Positions 52,165 through 64,000 of a stretch of 64,000 nucleotides of DNA are shown here, one piece after another. Source of the stretch: Octopus vulgaris (Eukaryota); the NCBI GenBank assembly GCA_951406725.2, contig OX597815.1, positions 179,552,001 to 179,616,000 of the forward strand, written 5' to 3'. The translations under genes and the position numbers were made by a program. The notes under the pieces were generated by a model, which worked only from the letters and a program-made list of their open reading frames with translations, made no database searches and had not been told where the DNA came from. Each line of letters starts with the position of its first letter. Within the stretch, counting starts at the first letter, position 1.

Positions 52165-53760
52165 CTGGCCGTATCATTTACGTACCAGCTGCTGACTTCT
52201 CAGGAACTAAGGTGGTACCTTCTTATCAAGTCTCGAGAACTTTGCAGAGACTCCTTACACTGCCAAGTAATGCTGTTTTCTGGATGTGCTGTAGTTTCAT
52301 CTTGATTCCCATCATTCCTAAACAATTGATCTTATTTTTACTCACTGTATCCAGGGCACAAACACTTGGCACAAATAGAAAATTGCTATTTTTAAATCTC
52401 AAAACGAGAGATATTCAGCAACAGTACTTTGGAGTAAAGATTTGTTTGCCAAGATAACATGGCAGTCCTGGTTTAGGACGAATGTTGCTGTAATTTAGCC
52501 CTAGGAGACATCGCCTCCAACTGGCTACACGACACGATCTGTGTCCTTATATTTTCGAACAAGGGAATCTAGCAACCCCACTCAGCTCAAAACAATGTCT
52601 GTGTATCGCGATTTCCAGGTTATTTCCCTTCACAGATATTATTTTGAGCTGGGTGGGGGTGCTAGATTCTCTTGTTCGAAAATATAAGGATACAGATCGT
52701 GTCGTATATCCAGCTGGAGACGATGTCTCCTGGGGATAAATTACAGCAACATTCGTCCTAAACCAGGACTGCCATGTCATGTTGGCAAAAATCTTTACTC
52801 CAATTTGCACAATATACACTTTTTTCATTGACCATAGCTTTTTTATTTCTCTCCTCAGAGCTTTATATCGTATCAAATTTTCACCTTTTTTCACTATAAT
52901 TCTGCTCTCATCATGGCAAGCGATATCTATTATCAGGCACAACTTATCTTCTTTGTCTACCAGTTCAATATCAGGTTTCTGATGTTCGATTCTATGATCA
53001 CATTTTATCATGAAATCCCAAAGGATCTCTCATTTTCTGTCACAAACTTTGTCTTATGTTCGTACCTTTTTCTCACTCTTTCCAGTTCAAACTTGTTACA
53101 TACTTCACAGTGGACCATTCTGGCGACATTGTCATGCCTTTTCTTGTACTCCCTCTGGGACAATTTCCAGCATTCGCTTACAATATATCACATCATGTTT
53201 CCAGATTCACCACACATTCAGCGTTTGCCAAATTTTTGCTCGAAGTATTTTCTGTTTCTTTGCTGCCCCAATCAAGGCCTTTGTTTCAGTTTCCAGGTTG
53301 TTTTATAACTACAAACATATTTTATCTGGGTCTGTGCCTCTTGATATCTGTGAAAAACTGACCTTACATCTTCCAGTTGTTTTCTCTCTTCGATTCAGTC
53401 TTTAATTCATCTTGTCCTAGCTTCTTTCCGTACGTAACAAACCTGTCTTCCTTACTTGTACAAGTTGTGCTTCCTTTGCCTTTTTTATATTGTTTCCCTC
53501 TGTCTGAATTTCAGCCCAAATTCCATTCTAATGTCCGCGCTAAAGCAACGCACTATTAGAATCAGTGAATTCAGCTGGTTTCATCTTTCTCATAAAGTTT
53601 CATGTCGTCTATAAAAAGGAGATAATTGGTGTTAACTTGTCTTTCCTTGCTTCCATATCCAGTTTTCGTGTTTCTGAAAGAAAGTGAAAATCAGCGGCAT
53701 CGCACACAATTCAAAATACATTGATTTCAAGCAATCTCCTTGGAAGATTATAGGTTTGAT
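52165..53760 (-). mobile_element. R4/Dong-like retrotransposon fragment (RT YxDD region to RLE), interrupted by a foldback element
   Basis: LLFIDDMKLY near 53600; IKCDHRIEHQKPDIELVD..IIDIAC..LWSMKKV; IQKTALLG. Flanked by trinucleotide tracts. Confidence 0.88.
52429..52803. mobile_element. Foldback/palindromic element with about 175-bp arms and a 27-nt spacer
   Basis: 52429-52603 is the reverse complement of 52631-52803 with few mismatches. Confidence 0.92.
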
Positions 53761-53774
53761 GCTGACAAAGCTTA

Positions 53775-53775
<1 letters not shown>

Positions 53776-53854
<79 letters not shown>

Positions 53855-53867
53855 TAATAGTAGTAGT

Positions 53868-53938
<71 letters not shown>

Positions 53939-53977
53939 CAGCAGCAGCAGCAGCGGCAGCAGTAATAGTAGTAGTAG
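53776..53977. repeat. (GTA)n/(GCA)n microsatellite
   Basis: Direct inspection. Confidence 0.97.
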
Positions 53978-54651
53978 TTTAATTGTCACCTTTTATATAA
54001 AATATCAGTAGCTGCTGGAATGTGATTCAAATCTGAAAAGGGAACATGTGAGAGAGAAGTCGACATTAGCGAATGGAATGGAAGATTATTATAAAAGATC
54101 AGAGAGTAAATATGTCTGCCAATTACTCAGACACACTTCATTACATTTCAAAATGTCTTAAATTAAAATATATTCGCTATTTTCTTCTCCTTGTGTCAGT
54201 AGCATTCATCTTAGCATTCTCTACACCACAGTAAAGGCTTTGGAAGATGTAAGCACTACATTATCGAGCCGGAAGTACATTTGTCTACAATCAGATATCA
54301 AGTGCTTTGATGAATGAGACAATCGCCTGTCTTTGATGAGACACAGGTTATAAGATTTCGAAAAGAAAAGGGCGAGAAGTTCTATTTGTTGCCATTTTGA
54401 AACGTGTGTTACTGACTTATGTAAAGTAAAATAGATTCGAACAGAAATAGATTCCGAATCATGTTCCTGGTTTGCCAGTAGCTCGGTTTTTGCAACTCTT
54501 CACACGCCATGAATTTCTTTCTCACTAGTAAGGACATATATTTGCAATAAAGGAAAATACGTTTCCATAACCTTATGCTTTTCAGAACATTGACTGAATG
54601 GATAAAACTCATTATATTTAACAGCGAATATACGATAGTCCGTTAACATAC

Positions 54652-54696
54652 CTTGCCAGGAGCTTAGGTTTTGATCCGTGGTGTTCATCTCATTTG
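54652..54696 (-). other. Candidate 45-nt symmetric internal exon
   Basis: TTCCTGGTTTTATAG|CAAATG...TGGCAAG|GTATGT; open phase-1 frame NEMNTTDQNLSSWQ. Splice signals only. Confidence 0.3.
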
Positions 54697-54757
54697 CTAT
54701 AAAACCAGGAACTTTATAAAACTATTACAGATGTTGTGAAATCAAGTGGGGGAATCG

Positions 54758-54792
<35 letters not shown>

Positions 54793-54800
54793 GTGTGTGT

Positions 54801-54869
<69 letters not shown>

Positions 54870-55109
54870 CAAATACACACTTATAAATAGATAGGCAACT
54901 ATAGATTGTTTGAAGTGATGTTTAGATTTTATATACTAAGGAAAAGGTAGTAGCCAAAATTTTGGATACTTTAGCGCTTTCCTTTCATTTCAGATATTCA
55001 TTAAAAAATGATATTTTTACACAAAATTTATGCCTTTCTATACATATGTGATTTGAAAAAGTCTGGAGTTGAACTGGAAAGAGAAGGTTCCGTGATACGA
55101 ATTTATATG

Positions 55110-55272
55110 TGTTTTCTTTTCATTCTCTCTCCATTTTTTCCGCTTATACCTTTCTGTCGAAGAACGTAGGCTCGAAACGTAAAAGACTTTTCCATTCTAC
55201 CCGAGCGTTAAATTAATACACCTGCTTCTTGTTCCTACACCTGTCTTCGTCTTTTATTTTCTGCAAATTTGA
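55110..55272 (+). repeat. Family D short repeat with variant hammerhead fold
   Basis: CTTT-CTGTCGA-A-GAAC-GTAG-GCTC-GAAAC-GTA-AAAG at 55150-55185. Confidence 0.8.
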
Positions 55273-55532
55273 ATGTGTGTGCGTGTACGTGTGTGTGTGT
55301 AAGTATGTGTGACACATTTTTTGAGGTTTAGTTACAGGAAGAAAAAAGGAATAATGAAAAAAGAAAGAAAGAAGTGGTATTTTACTGGAATAGATGGAAT
55401 TGTATTCTTTGATCAGTTGTCAGGCTTGCCAGCTGTAAAAATACGGGTCTTTCCTGGGTATGGTTGAGGTTTTTTTTTTCTTGTGTTTGTTCTCGGATTT
55501 TTTTTACTATATATATATATATATATATATAA

Positions 55533-55584
<52 letters not shown>

Positions 55585-55887
55585 TGGAATATTATTCCAA
55601 ACTTACAGGTAAATATTCAATTTAGAAGCACTAAATCAAATTTCACAAAATATAATATGTATATATATAAATTAGAAAATTTGAAAAAAAAAACACCTTT
55701 TATCAATTCAATAATGAAAAATTAAATTATACCATCCAGAAAATTACATATTATAGAAAGATTAAATATAAGATATAAACATATAACGATGATTAAGTAA
55801 TGTGCAAAATAATAAATAAAACGTATATATATATTTATATATATTATATTATATTATATATTATATACATATATATATATTATATAC

Positions 55888-55945
<58 letters not shown>

Positions 55946-56950
55946 ATTTGTACGTATGTCAACTTGCTAAAATGCCCGATGAGTGAGAGATTTGAATCAC
56001 TAATTTTTTGTTGCTTTTTAATTTTTTAACAGCTTCCTACATCGGACACCAAGCACACACATTTAAAAATACAAATCCCACTCTGTTGTACAATTCGATG
56101 CATGCAATTTATCATTATCTAAGATCATAATTAATCATTTTAGAAATATTATTCTTGAATTAAATTTTTATTATAGTTATTTTCTATTTTATTAGTAAAA
56201 AAAAATGTTCCTTCTTTGTTTTCGATGATTTAAATAGAAGTGAAATTAGAGAGGTAACGATTATTTGAAAAATATCTTAATTAATGGCATTTAATAATTG
56301 TGAGTTTCATCAGATTACAAATCGCTCAATCAATGTGTAATTTTTGCCTCATGGTGCAATGTTTTTCATATTCATATATTTGCATTTGATCTCTGCTACG
56401 ACTTTTGCGCTCGTGTTTGGCTAATTTTGAAGCGTCAACATCAGCAACAACCAGATCTCTGTGAAAGTATCAGCTACTGGTACCAGAGGCTAATAAGGCT
56501 GAAGTTTATAGTATGATTCTAACATCTAAATGGTCCCCAGAAATTTCACAACACCTATACGTCGCATTCATCAATTCACATATCCAACTGAATTTTAACC
56601 ACAAAATTGCTATTCCTGTCTCTGTCTCTGCCTCTGTTTCTTTCAAATTGTAATTTTATTTTATTAGGTGCAAATATCTTTCGCCTGCATAGTCAACTGT
56701 ATCGAATTCAGTATAATATATGGCCAGGGTATAGGTACAAGCTCACAATATAAGCATTTCTAAGGTAGGCATAGATTACCATTTCATAGTCGGTTGAGCT
56801 GACACCAATCGGTATTGTCGACTATAATGTGTTTTGTACTTATTTTATCGACATCGGAAGGATGAAAAGCATAATCCTCCTTGGCGGTAATCGAACTCGT
56901 ACAAACATTGATAAATGACAGATTCTTTTGTAAATGAGATACAATGAATT

Positions 56951-57084
56951 CTAGATTCCCTTGTTCAAGAATATAAGGACACAGATCGTGTCTTATAGCC
57001 AGCTAGAGACGATGTCTCTTGTGACTAAAATTACAGCAACATTCGTCCTAAACCAAGACTGCCATATTATGTTACCAAATAATC
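56951..57084. repeat. Solo arm of the 52429-52803 foldback family
   Basis: CTAGATTCCCTTGTTC..ACAGATCGTGTC..TTACAGCAACATTCGTCCTAAACCA.GACTGCCAT. Confidence 0.88.
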
Positions 57085-57798
57085 GTTATTTGACAATTTC
57101 TACAAAATTTACAAGTTTGAAATATTTTGTACATTAGATTCAAATGAAATGATTTTAGATAAATGAAAATTTTAAAATATTTACAAAAAACATCATGACA
57201 GTTATAAAATGAAAGAAAATTATTCATATCATCGTAATCGGAGATTTGCACTCTCTTTCGTTTTTCCACATTTTCTTCTAGTTGTTTTGTAAATTGTGTT
57301 TCCTACAAATTCCAGCATGCCAAATCTGCTAATGTCAATAAATCTAGTAAATATCTGAAATCCCATAGCACATTTTATAGTAATTAATCCATAACTTTTA
57401 CTCCTATATTTCAAATATTCTAAGCTGGAAATAAAAGTGTGTAACGTTATACACTTGGCAAAGCATGTTTCATTCTTGTACATAATATCGTGCATAGCAA
57501 AATTCATATTAAAGATAATAAATTTAATGCCAGTAGGGAACGCAGTCACGAAGCTTTGATATATTTGATATAGGCTATTGTTTGTGTTTATGACCGAACA
57601 AAATAGTTCATCACTGATGTTTCTAATTAATAATGTGGCCTTTTATGGTTTGTCGATTACACAGCATTACATACACACACACACTTATACATTTCATATA
57701 GATTCATTGTAATTCTGTTCTTCACTTGTTATATATATATATATATGTGTGTGTGTGTATATATATATATATTTATATATATGTATATATATATATAT

Positions 57799-57830
<32 letters not shown>

Positions 57831-57831
57831 G

Positions 57832-57894
<63 letters not shown>

Positions 57895-58302
57895 GTACGT
57901 ATGCATGTATGTGTGTGCGTATATCCTCATCTCACTGCGCAGCAGCTTGAACAAAAATCTTCTACGGTAGCACAGGGATTGCCAATAATTTATTCGAAGA
58001 ATCTAGCAGAAAGAAACTGAACGGAAATCTGCCATGTACAAAGATATATGAGTGTGTATGTGTGTGAACTCTACAGAAAAACAGAAGACGAACACGAGGA
58101 AATAAATAGAGAGAATAAAAAAAAATTGTAGATTTAGCGGTCAATCGTGCACTATCCTATATATATATATATCGAAATATTATTATTTCTAAATCTATCT
58201 AAAGGAGACTACAGCAGCGGTACTGGATATTAATAGTTACCACCAAGCTAGAGCTAATGAACGGCAGCATTCGTCCTCTTTTCCTGGACTGTCATGTTAG
58301 CT

Positions 58303-58530
58303 TGGCGGTAACAACATATACGTTAGCAGACACGTTAGCGCGCCGGGCGGAATGCTTAGCGGTATTTCGTCTGTCGTTACTTCTGAGTTCAAATTCCGCC
58401 GAGGTCGACTTTGCCTTTCATCCTTTCGAGGTCGATAAATAAAAGTACCAGTTTCGCACTGGGGTCGATGTAATCTGTCTGTCCTTGTTTGTCCTCTCTA
58501 TGTTTAGCCCCTTGTGGGCAATAAAGAAAT
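58303..58530 (+). mobile_element. SINE family B
   Basis: Core and tail 1. Confidence 0.9.
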
Positions 58531-58539
58531 ATATATATA

Positions 58540-58573
<34 letters not shown>

Positions 58574-58614
58574 TGTGTGTGTGTATTCTATATATTTGTG
58601 ATGAATGTACTTAT

Positions 58615-58674
<60 letters not shown>

Positions 58675-59030
58675 CTTATATTTATGTACGCATGTGCATA
58701 TTTATATGCCTGTGTTCGTATATACCGGGAATATAGGGAGCAGTTATTATTTAATCACGTTGAATTGAAAATAAAATCAATCCTAGTATTCTCGTTTGCC
58801 TTTTTTATTATTTTTTCTCGATATTTCTGCGTATTTGCAGTTTCTAGGCTGCTCAGCATAATCTTCAAGGACTGGATTATGACGAAGTATTAACACCTTC
58901 ATTTATGGAAGGCAAATAAAATCTAAGTAGAATTAAACACCAGACTGGGAATAATGCAGGGTTTGGAAGTTTGTACATATAAAGCATATCACGATTTGGC
59001 GATCAGTCTACGCAGTCATCTGATAAATAT

Positions 59031-59208
59031 ACCTATTTCTTTACTACCCACAAAGAGCTAAACACAGAGAGGACAAACAAGGACAGACAAACGGATTAAG
59101 TCGATTATATCGACTCCAGTGTGTAACTGGTACTTAATTTATTGACCCCGAAAGGATGAAAGGCAAAGTCGACCTCGGCGGAATTTGAACTCAGAACGTA
59201 GCGGCAGA
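59031..59208 (-). mobile_element. SINE family B, 5'-truncated
   Basis: Reverse complement of the core and tail 1. Confidence 0.9.
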
Positions 59209-59358
59209 TGACATTTGATAGATATACCACGATAAAGCTAGATTGAAATATATACCGAGGTACATGCTCAGGACTGTAAATAAATTCTTGAAGGTAGCCA
59301 CCAGCATGGTCGCAATCTAATGACTGAAACTAGAAGAGAATCAACGGAATAAACGAAT

Positions 59359-59746
59359 GGGATGGAAGCACTCCGTCGGTTACGACGACGAGGGTTCCGG
59401 TTGATCCGAATCAACGGAACAGCCTGCTCGTGAAATTAACGAGTAAGTGGCTGAGCACTCCACAGACACGTGTACCCTTAACGTAGTTCTCGGGGATATT
59501 CAGCGTGACACAGAGAGTGACAAGGCCGGTCCTTTGAAATACAGGTACAACAGAAACAGGAAGTAAGAGTGAGAGAAAGTTGTGGTGAAAGAGTACAGCA
59601 GGGATCACCACCATCCCCTGCCGGAGCCTCGTGGAGCTTTAGGTGCTTTCGCTCAATAAACACTCACAACGCCCGGTCTGGGAATCGAAACCGCGATCCT
59701 ATGACCGCGAGTCCGCTGCCCTAACCACTGGGCCATTGCGCCTCCT
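59359..59746 (-). mobile_element. SINE family C, long tail (C2), young copy
   Basis: 13-bp TSD GGAATAAACGAAT at 59346-59358 and 59747-59759; intact A and B boxes. Confidence 0.95.
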
Positions 59747-59810
59747 GGAATAAACGAATACACACGCACACACACACACACACACACACATGTATAAGAG
59801 TAAAAGTAAT

Positions 59811-59853
<43 letters not shown>

Positions 59854-60540
59854 GTGTATCTGTGTGTGCGCGCGTGTGTGTGTGTGTGCGCGAGTGTATC
59901 GCGGTGTGTGTACGTGTGTTCGAGTCCCTGCGTGTCTGTATATGTGTATGTGTGTGCGCGCGTTCGACTTCGTGCTTAGATATAATTACTTTTACCCTTA
60001 ACTTTCGGGCATTTTTTTTACCCCTTTTTATTTCAGATATATTGTTAATAGATCTAAAATTTTCCATCTCTTTTCTAGTTTTAATATGTAAAGATTGATA
60101 TGTTAAAGCATAACGTGATAATTTACATATCGCACAATACACCGAAGCTATTTAGATATTTACTGGAATGATAGTAGAGCAGAAAACTAGTGTAGCGTAA
60201 TGCAGAGACGCAAATAAACGCAAATAAAATGGCAGTCTGCAATATCACACAGATTTTGTTGCTCAAGTTTTTTTGCTCTCTCAATATTTCTAATATGAAC
60301 TCGCTGCTATTTTAAAGTGTTATTTCTGTTGCTGAATAATTCTAAAATAATTTGCTCTTTGTTGCAGACGGTTAGAACGACTGATTCATGTATTTTTTTA
60401 TACATTTATGTTCATTATATTATTAATCTCTCGATTCCACTTAGGTAATATGCATACATACATTCGTACGTACATACGTACGTACATACGTACGTGCATA
60501 CATGCATACATACGTACGTGTGTGTGTGTGTGTGTGTGTA

Positions 60541-61664
60541 TAGGGTGCGTAAGATATTTGAGGACAGCTTTGTGTTTATAAAAAAACAAAACAGAGGCGC
60601 AGGAGTGGCTGTGTGGTAAGTAGCTTGTTTACCAACCACATGGTTCCGGGTTCAATCCCACTGCGTGGCACCTTGGGCAAGTGTCTTCTACTATAGCCTC
60701 GGGCCGACCAAAGCCTTGTGAGTGGATTTGGTAGACGGAGACTGAAAGAAGCCCGTCGTATATATATATATGTATGCGTGTGTGTGTTTGTGTGTCTGTT
60801 TTTGTCCCCCTAGCATTGCTTGACAACCAATGATGGTGTGTTTATGTCCCCGTTACTTAGCGGTTCGACAAAAGAGCCCGATAGAATAAGTACTGGGCTT
60901 ACAAAAGAATAAGTCCCGGGGTCGAGTTGCTCGATTAAAGGCGGTGCTCCAGCATGGCCGCAGTCAAATGACTGAAACAAGTAAAAGAGTAAAGAGAGTA
61001 TATATATTAACAGATAATAACTTATTTATCAAAAAATGCTATGAGGATAAAAATAAACCTTCTTTTCTATAATGTTATTCAATAAAGCCACCTTCAGCTT
61101 CAACAACTGCTTCTATATGAGATCTAAATCATCTACATATTCGAATCAAGTGGTCCTGGTTCGCTTTGGACATTACTCTGACTATGGCAGCTTTCAAAGA
61201 ATTTTTGGTATATGGGTGTGTTCGTTGACCTCTCTCTCAACAACGCTCCACTTGTAATAGTCCAATGGATTGAGATCTGGGGAAATAGGAGGCCAAATGT
61301 TAGGGGTTATGTGATCATGAAAATTTTCAGCCATCCACTCCTGTGATACTAGAGCCACGTGTGATAGTGCAGAGTCTTACTGAAACACATATTGCCTTCC
61401 ATTACATACACTGTCTATCCAAGGCTTAACAATGGTTTCCTGGACCTCAATGCAGGCAGCAGAGTTATGAAACTTTTAAAAATCGAGATATTTCTAAATT
61501 GCTATGCTCAGCTTTTATAACTATAATAACAGCACGCCTCTTCATTTCTTGAGTAAGCTGAGGGTCTGCCATTATTATTTTCTGAAACTAAGATTATACA
61601 GAGTTAGCAAAATATGCAGCAATGACCCCAAAAAGGCATGTCCTCAAATACCTTACGCACCCTG
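60541..61664 (-). mobile_element. Internally deleted maT/DD37D-like transposon containing a SINE
   Basis: TIRs (T/C)AGGGTGCGTAAG.TATTTGAGGACA at both ends with TA flanks; SPDLNPLDY..IEAVVEAEGGFIE remnant at 61075-61290. Confidence 0.88.
60594..61000 (+). mobile_element. SINE family A inside the maT-like element
   Basis: Near-consensus full-length copy. Confidence 0.94.
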
Positions 61665-61697
61665 TACACACACACACACGTGCGCGCGTGCACACAG

Positions 61698-61759
<62 letters not shown>

Positions 61760-61960
61760 CGCGCACCAATAGTTGTGATCCAGAGATGCTAAATATAGAA
61801 AACACATTGTAATAGTGAAAGTATTTGAACTTACACCTAAGTCCGTTGGGGTAAAGAATATCTATAAGAGGAATCCAGGTGAGATGGTGTGGAGATAGTG
61901 ATGCAAAACACACATATGAAATACACATACATATATACCCGTAAATGAATATAGGGATAC

Positions 61961-61991
<31 letters not shown>

Positions 61992-62361
61992 AGAGAGAGA
62001 GAGACAGAGAGAGAGAAGCAAAAACTGAAAATATTCGGAAGGTGAACATTCGTATACACGCAAAAAGATATTTAGATATTTAGAGAATAGATTTATAAGG
62101 AGTACAAAAAGTGGGGAACTCTTATGGGAGTTGGGTGGCATGGTATTTCACTTTTTGACTTTTTCCACACACTATCTGCCGACATTACAACTATTACGTA
62201 ATTCCGAGTCCCCCCAGAAACTGCTATCACACCTGAAATACCATCCACTTTCTCCTTAATTTTCTGTGTTATTTGTACGCCATATAAATTTGTTCTCTAA
62301 ATATATAAATATCTTTTGACTCATACACCAATGCTCATCTGAAGAGTATTTTTACTTTCAG

Positions 62362-62420
<59 letters not shown>

Positions 62421-62574
62421 ATATATTTATATGTGTATTCGCATGTATGTATATTTTATGCATCATGCCCAAGCCCAATCATATTTATTCGTATTAAAGT
62501 TTCTCTTTCTCACCTTCTTTCTCTTTCTCTCTCTTTCTTTCTTTCTCTCTCTCTCTCTCTCTATCTATCTCTAT

Positions 62575-62740
62575 CTCTGTCAGCGAGACGCTGATGAGCC
62601 ATCCTTCATGTAGCAGATCATCACTGATGACGAAAGACGGGTCTACAGGTGCCACCCTGATACGAAGCAGCAGTTGTCACAATGGAAGAGCCCTTCATCT
62701 CTACGACCGAAGAAGGCACGACTGAGCCGCATCTCAAACT
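62575..62740 (+). pseudogene. Mariner transposase fragment
   Basis: EPSFM*QIITDDERRVYRCHPDTKQQLSQWKSPSSLRPKKAR resembles IITGDETWVY.YDPETKQQS.QW..P.SPRPKK. Confidence 0.82.
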
Positions 62741-63139
62741 AGAAAGATGAAAGTGGGATTTGTGCTCCCAGAGGTCCCGTTACTCATTATGTGAAACAGT
62801 TTAAGTGTCTTAAACCATCTCTGGAACATAAGTAATGTAAGTTCCCAGTTTAGAGAAAATCAGTTGCGAACTTCGGAAGTTATGCGGTTTTACAAACAGT
62901 CCCACACACACATATATATATATATACATGTACATATACATCTACATATATATGTATATACATATACATATACATACACATGTATATGTATGTATACATA
63001 CCCGTGTATCTACATAGAGCATGAAAAGTGCAGAATAATTTCTTAACTTGCCAGCTGTTTTAGGATGCTCGGAGTGATAATTGTGATGTTCATAATTTAC
63101 CACTCTTATAATGCATATCAGTGTTCTAATATGTGCGTA

Positions 63140-63206
<67 letters not shown>

Positions 63207-64000
63207 CCAGTCCTTGATTATTGAAATAGACTCGGAGAACATAGTTTAGTCTAGGTTTTATTTTTTATTTGAATGCCAAGAAATGATTTCATAGTTGTAG
63301 CAAAATTAACTAGTTTTAAGTTTCTAAGCGAGAAATATGAAGTAACTGTACCGTGCAATAAAGTATATTTGCCAACACAATGCGGTAGTCTTACGCAGAA
63401 CGATGTTACTACTTTTTAGCCCCACGAAGGCATCTTTTCCAGCTGGCTACCGACACATGGTCTGTATCCGTATACTGGGAGCAAGGGAGTTTATTGCTCC
63501 CTTTCTAGCCTTAGCGATACCTATAGACCAATGGTTTCTGGGTTATTTCCTTTCCTCGGTACAGGACAACCGTCAGCTAGAGATGGCAGTCACTTGACCT
63601 TGTTCACAGTATATACTTTTTAAATAGTTTTCTTAAAATTGCTTGCTTCAAATGTAAAATAACTTCTGTATATTAATATCACTGATGAAAATATGTTAAA
63701 CATATTTAACATCTTGTTTTTCGATTTTCAAACATTATTAAATCAATATTAGACCTTTATTTTCGGGTCTATATTTGAATGGTATTTCTTGTATCGTCAT
63801 TAAAATTGCTTCTAGTTTCTAAGAAACATCGGAATTGTACGAAATAATTTTTAAATAGCTTTTCTTCGTTGTTGTTTCCAAGAATCTTGTTGTGAATTCA
63901 TATATTGAAACAAATCTTGTGTCTTTGGAGACAGGCTCAAAGCAGACTGTAAAAAGAGCATGATTGTCATTAACGAGACTGAATAGCGATGAAAGGACTT

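Noticed and set aside
62590-62640. Two CTGATGA motifs followed by GAAA (hammerhead?)
   Set aside because: They lie in the reading frame of a mariner transposase fragment, and no stem I or III forms.

Overview
AT-rich eukaryotic DNA, almost entirely non-coding and rich in repeats. The SINE families and dense TA/TG/TATC/TAA microsatellites look like a coleoid cephalopod, probably Octopus (inferred from repeat content, not searched). No complete host protein gene is recognisable, and nearly all listed ORFs are microsatellite or SINE artefacts. The window holds about 35 copies of three tRNA-derived SINE families, four R4/Dong-like RLE retrotransposon fragments, an RTE LINE 3' end, two Penelope-like (PLE) remnants, several decayed Tc1/mariner elements, hAT-, piggyBac- and Merlin-like MITEs, and a 375-bp foldback palindrome. 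Most notable are the hammerhead-ribozyme motifs: (i) a Pol III tRNA-headed short element with a minimal hammerhead, arranged head-to-head with an inverted partial copy (17.7-18.2 kb), which looks like a Penelope-mobilised ribozyme SINE; (ii) a three-copy family whose hammerhead fold has a non-canonical CUGUYGA core in every copy. One SINE subfamily's partner LINE is visible in the window. A few weak minus-strand exon candidates are also noted.
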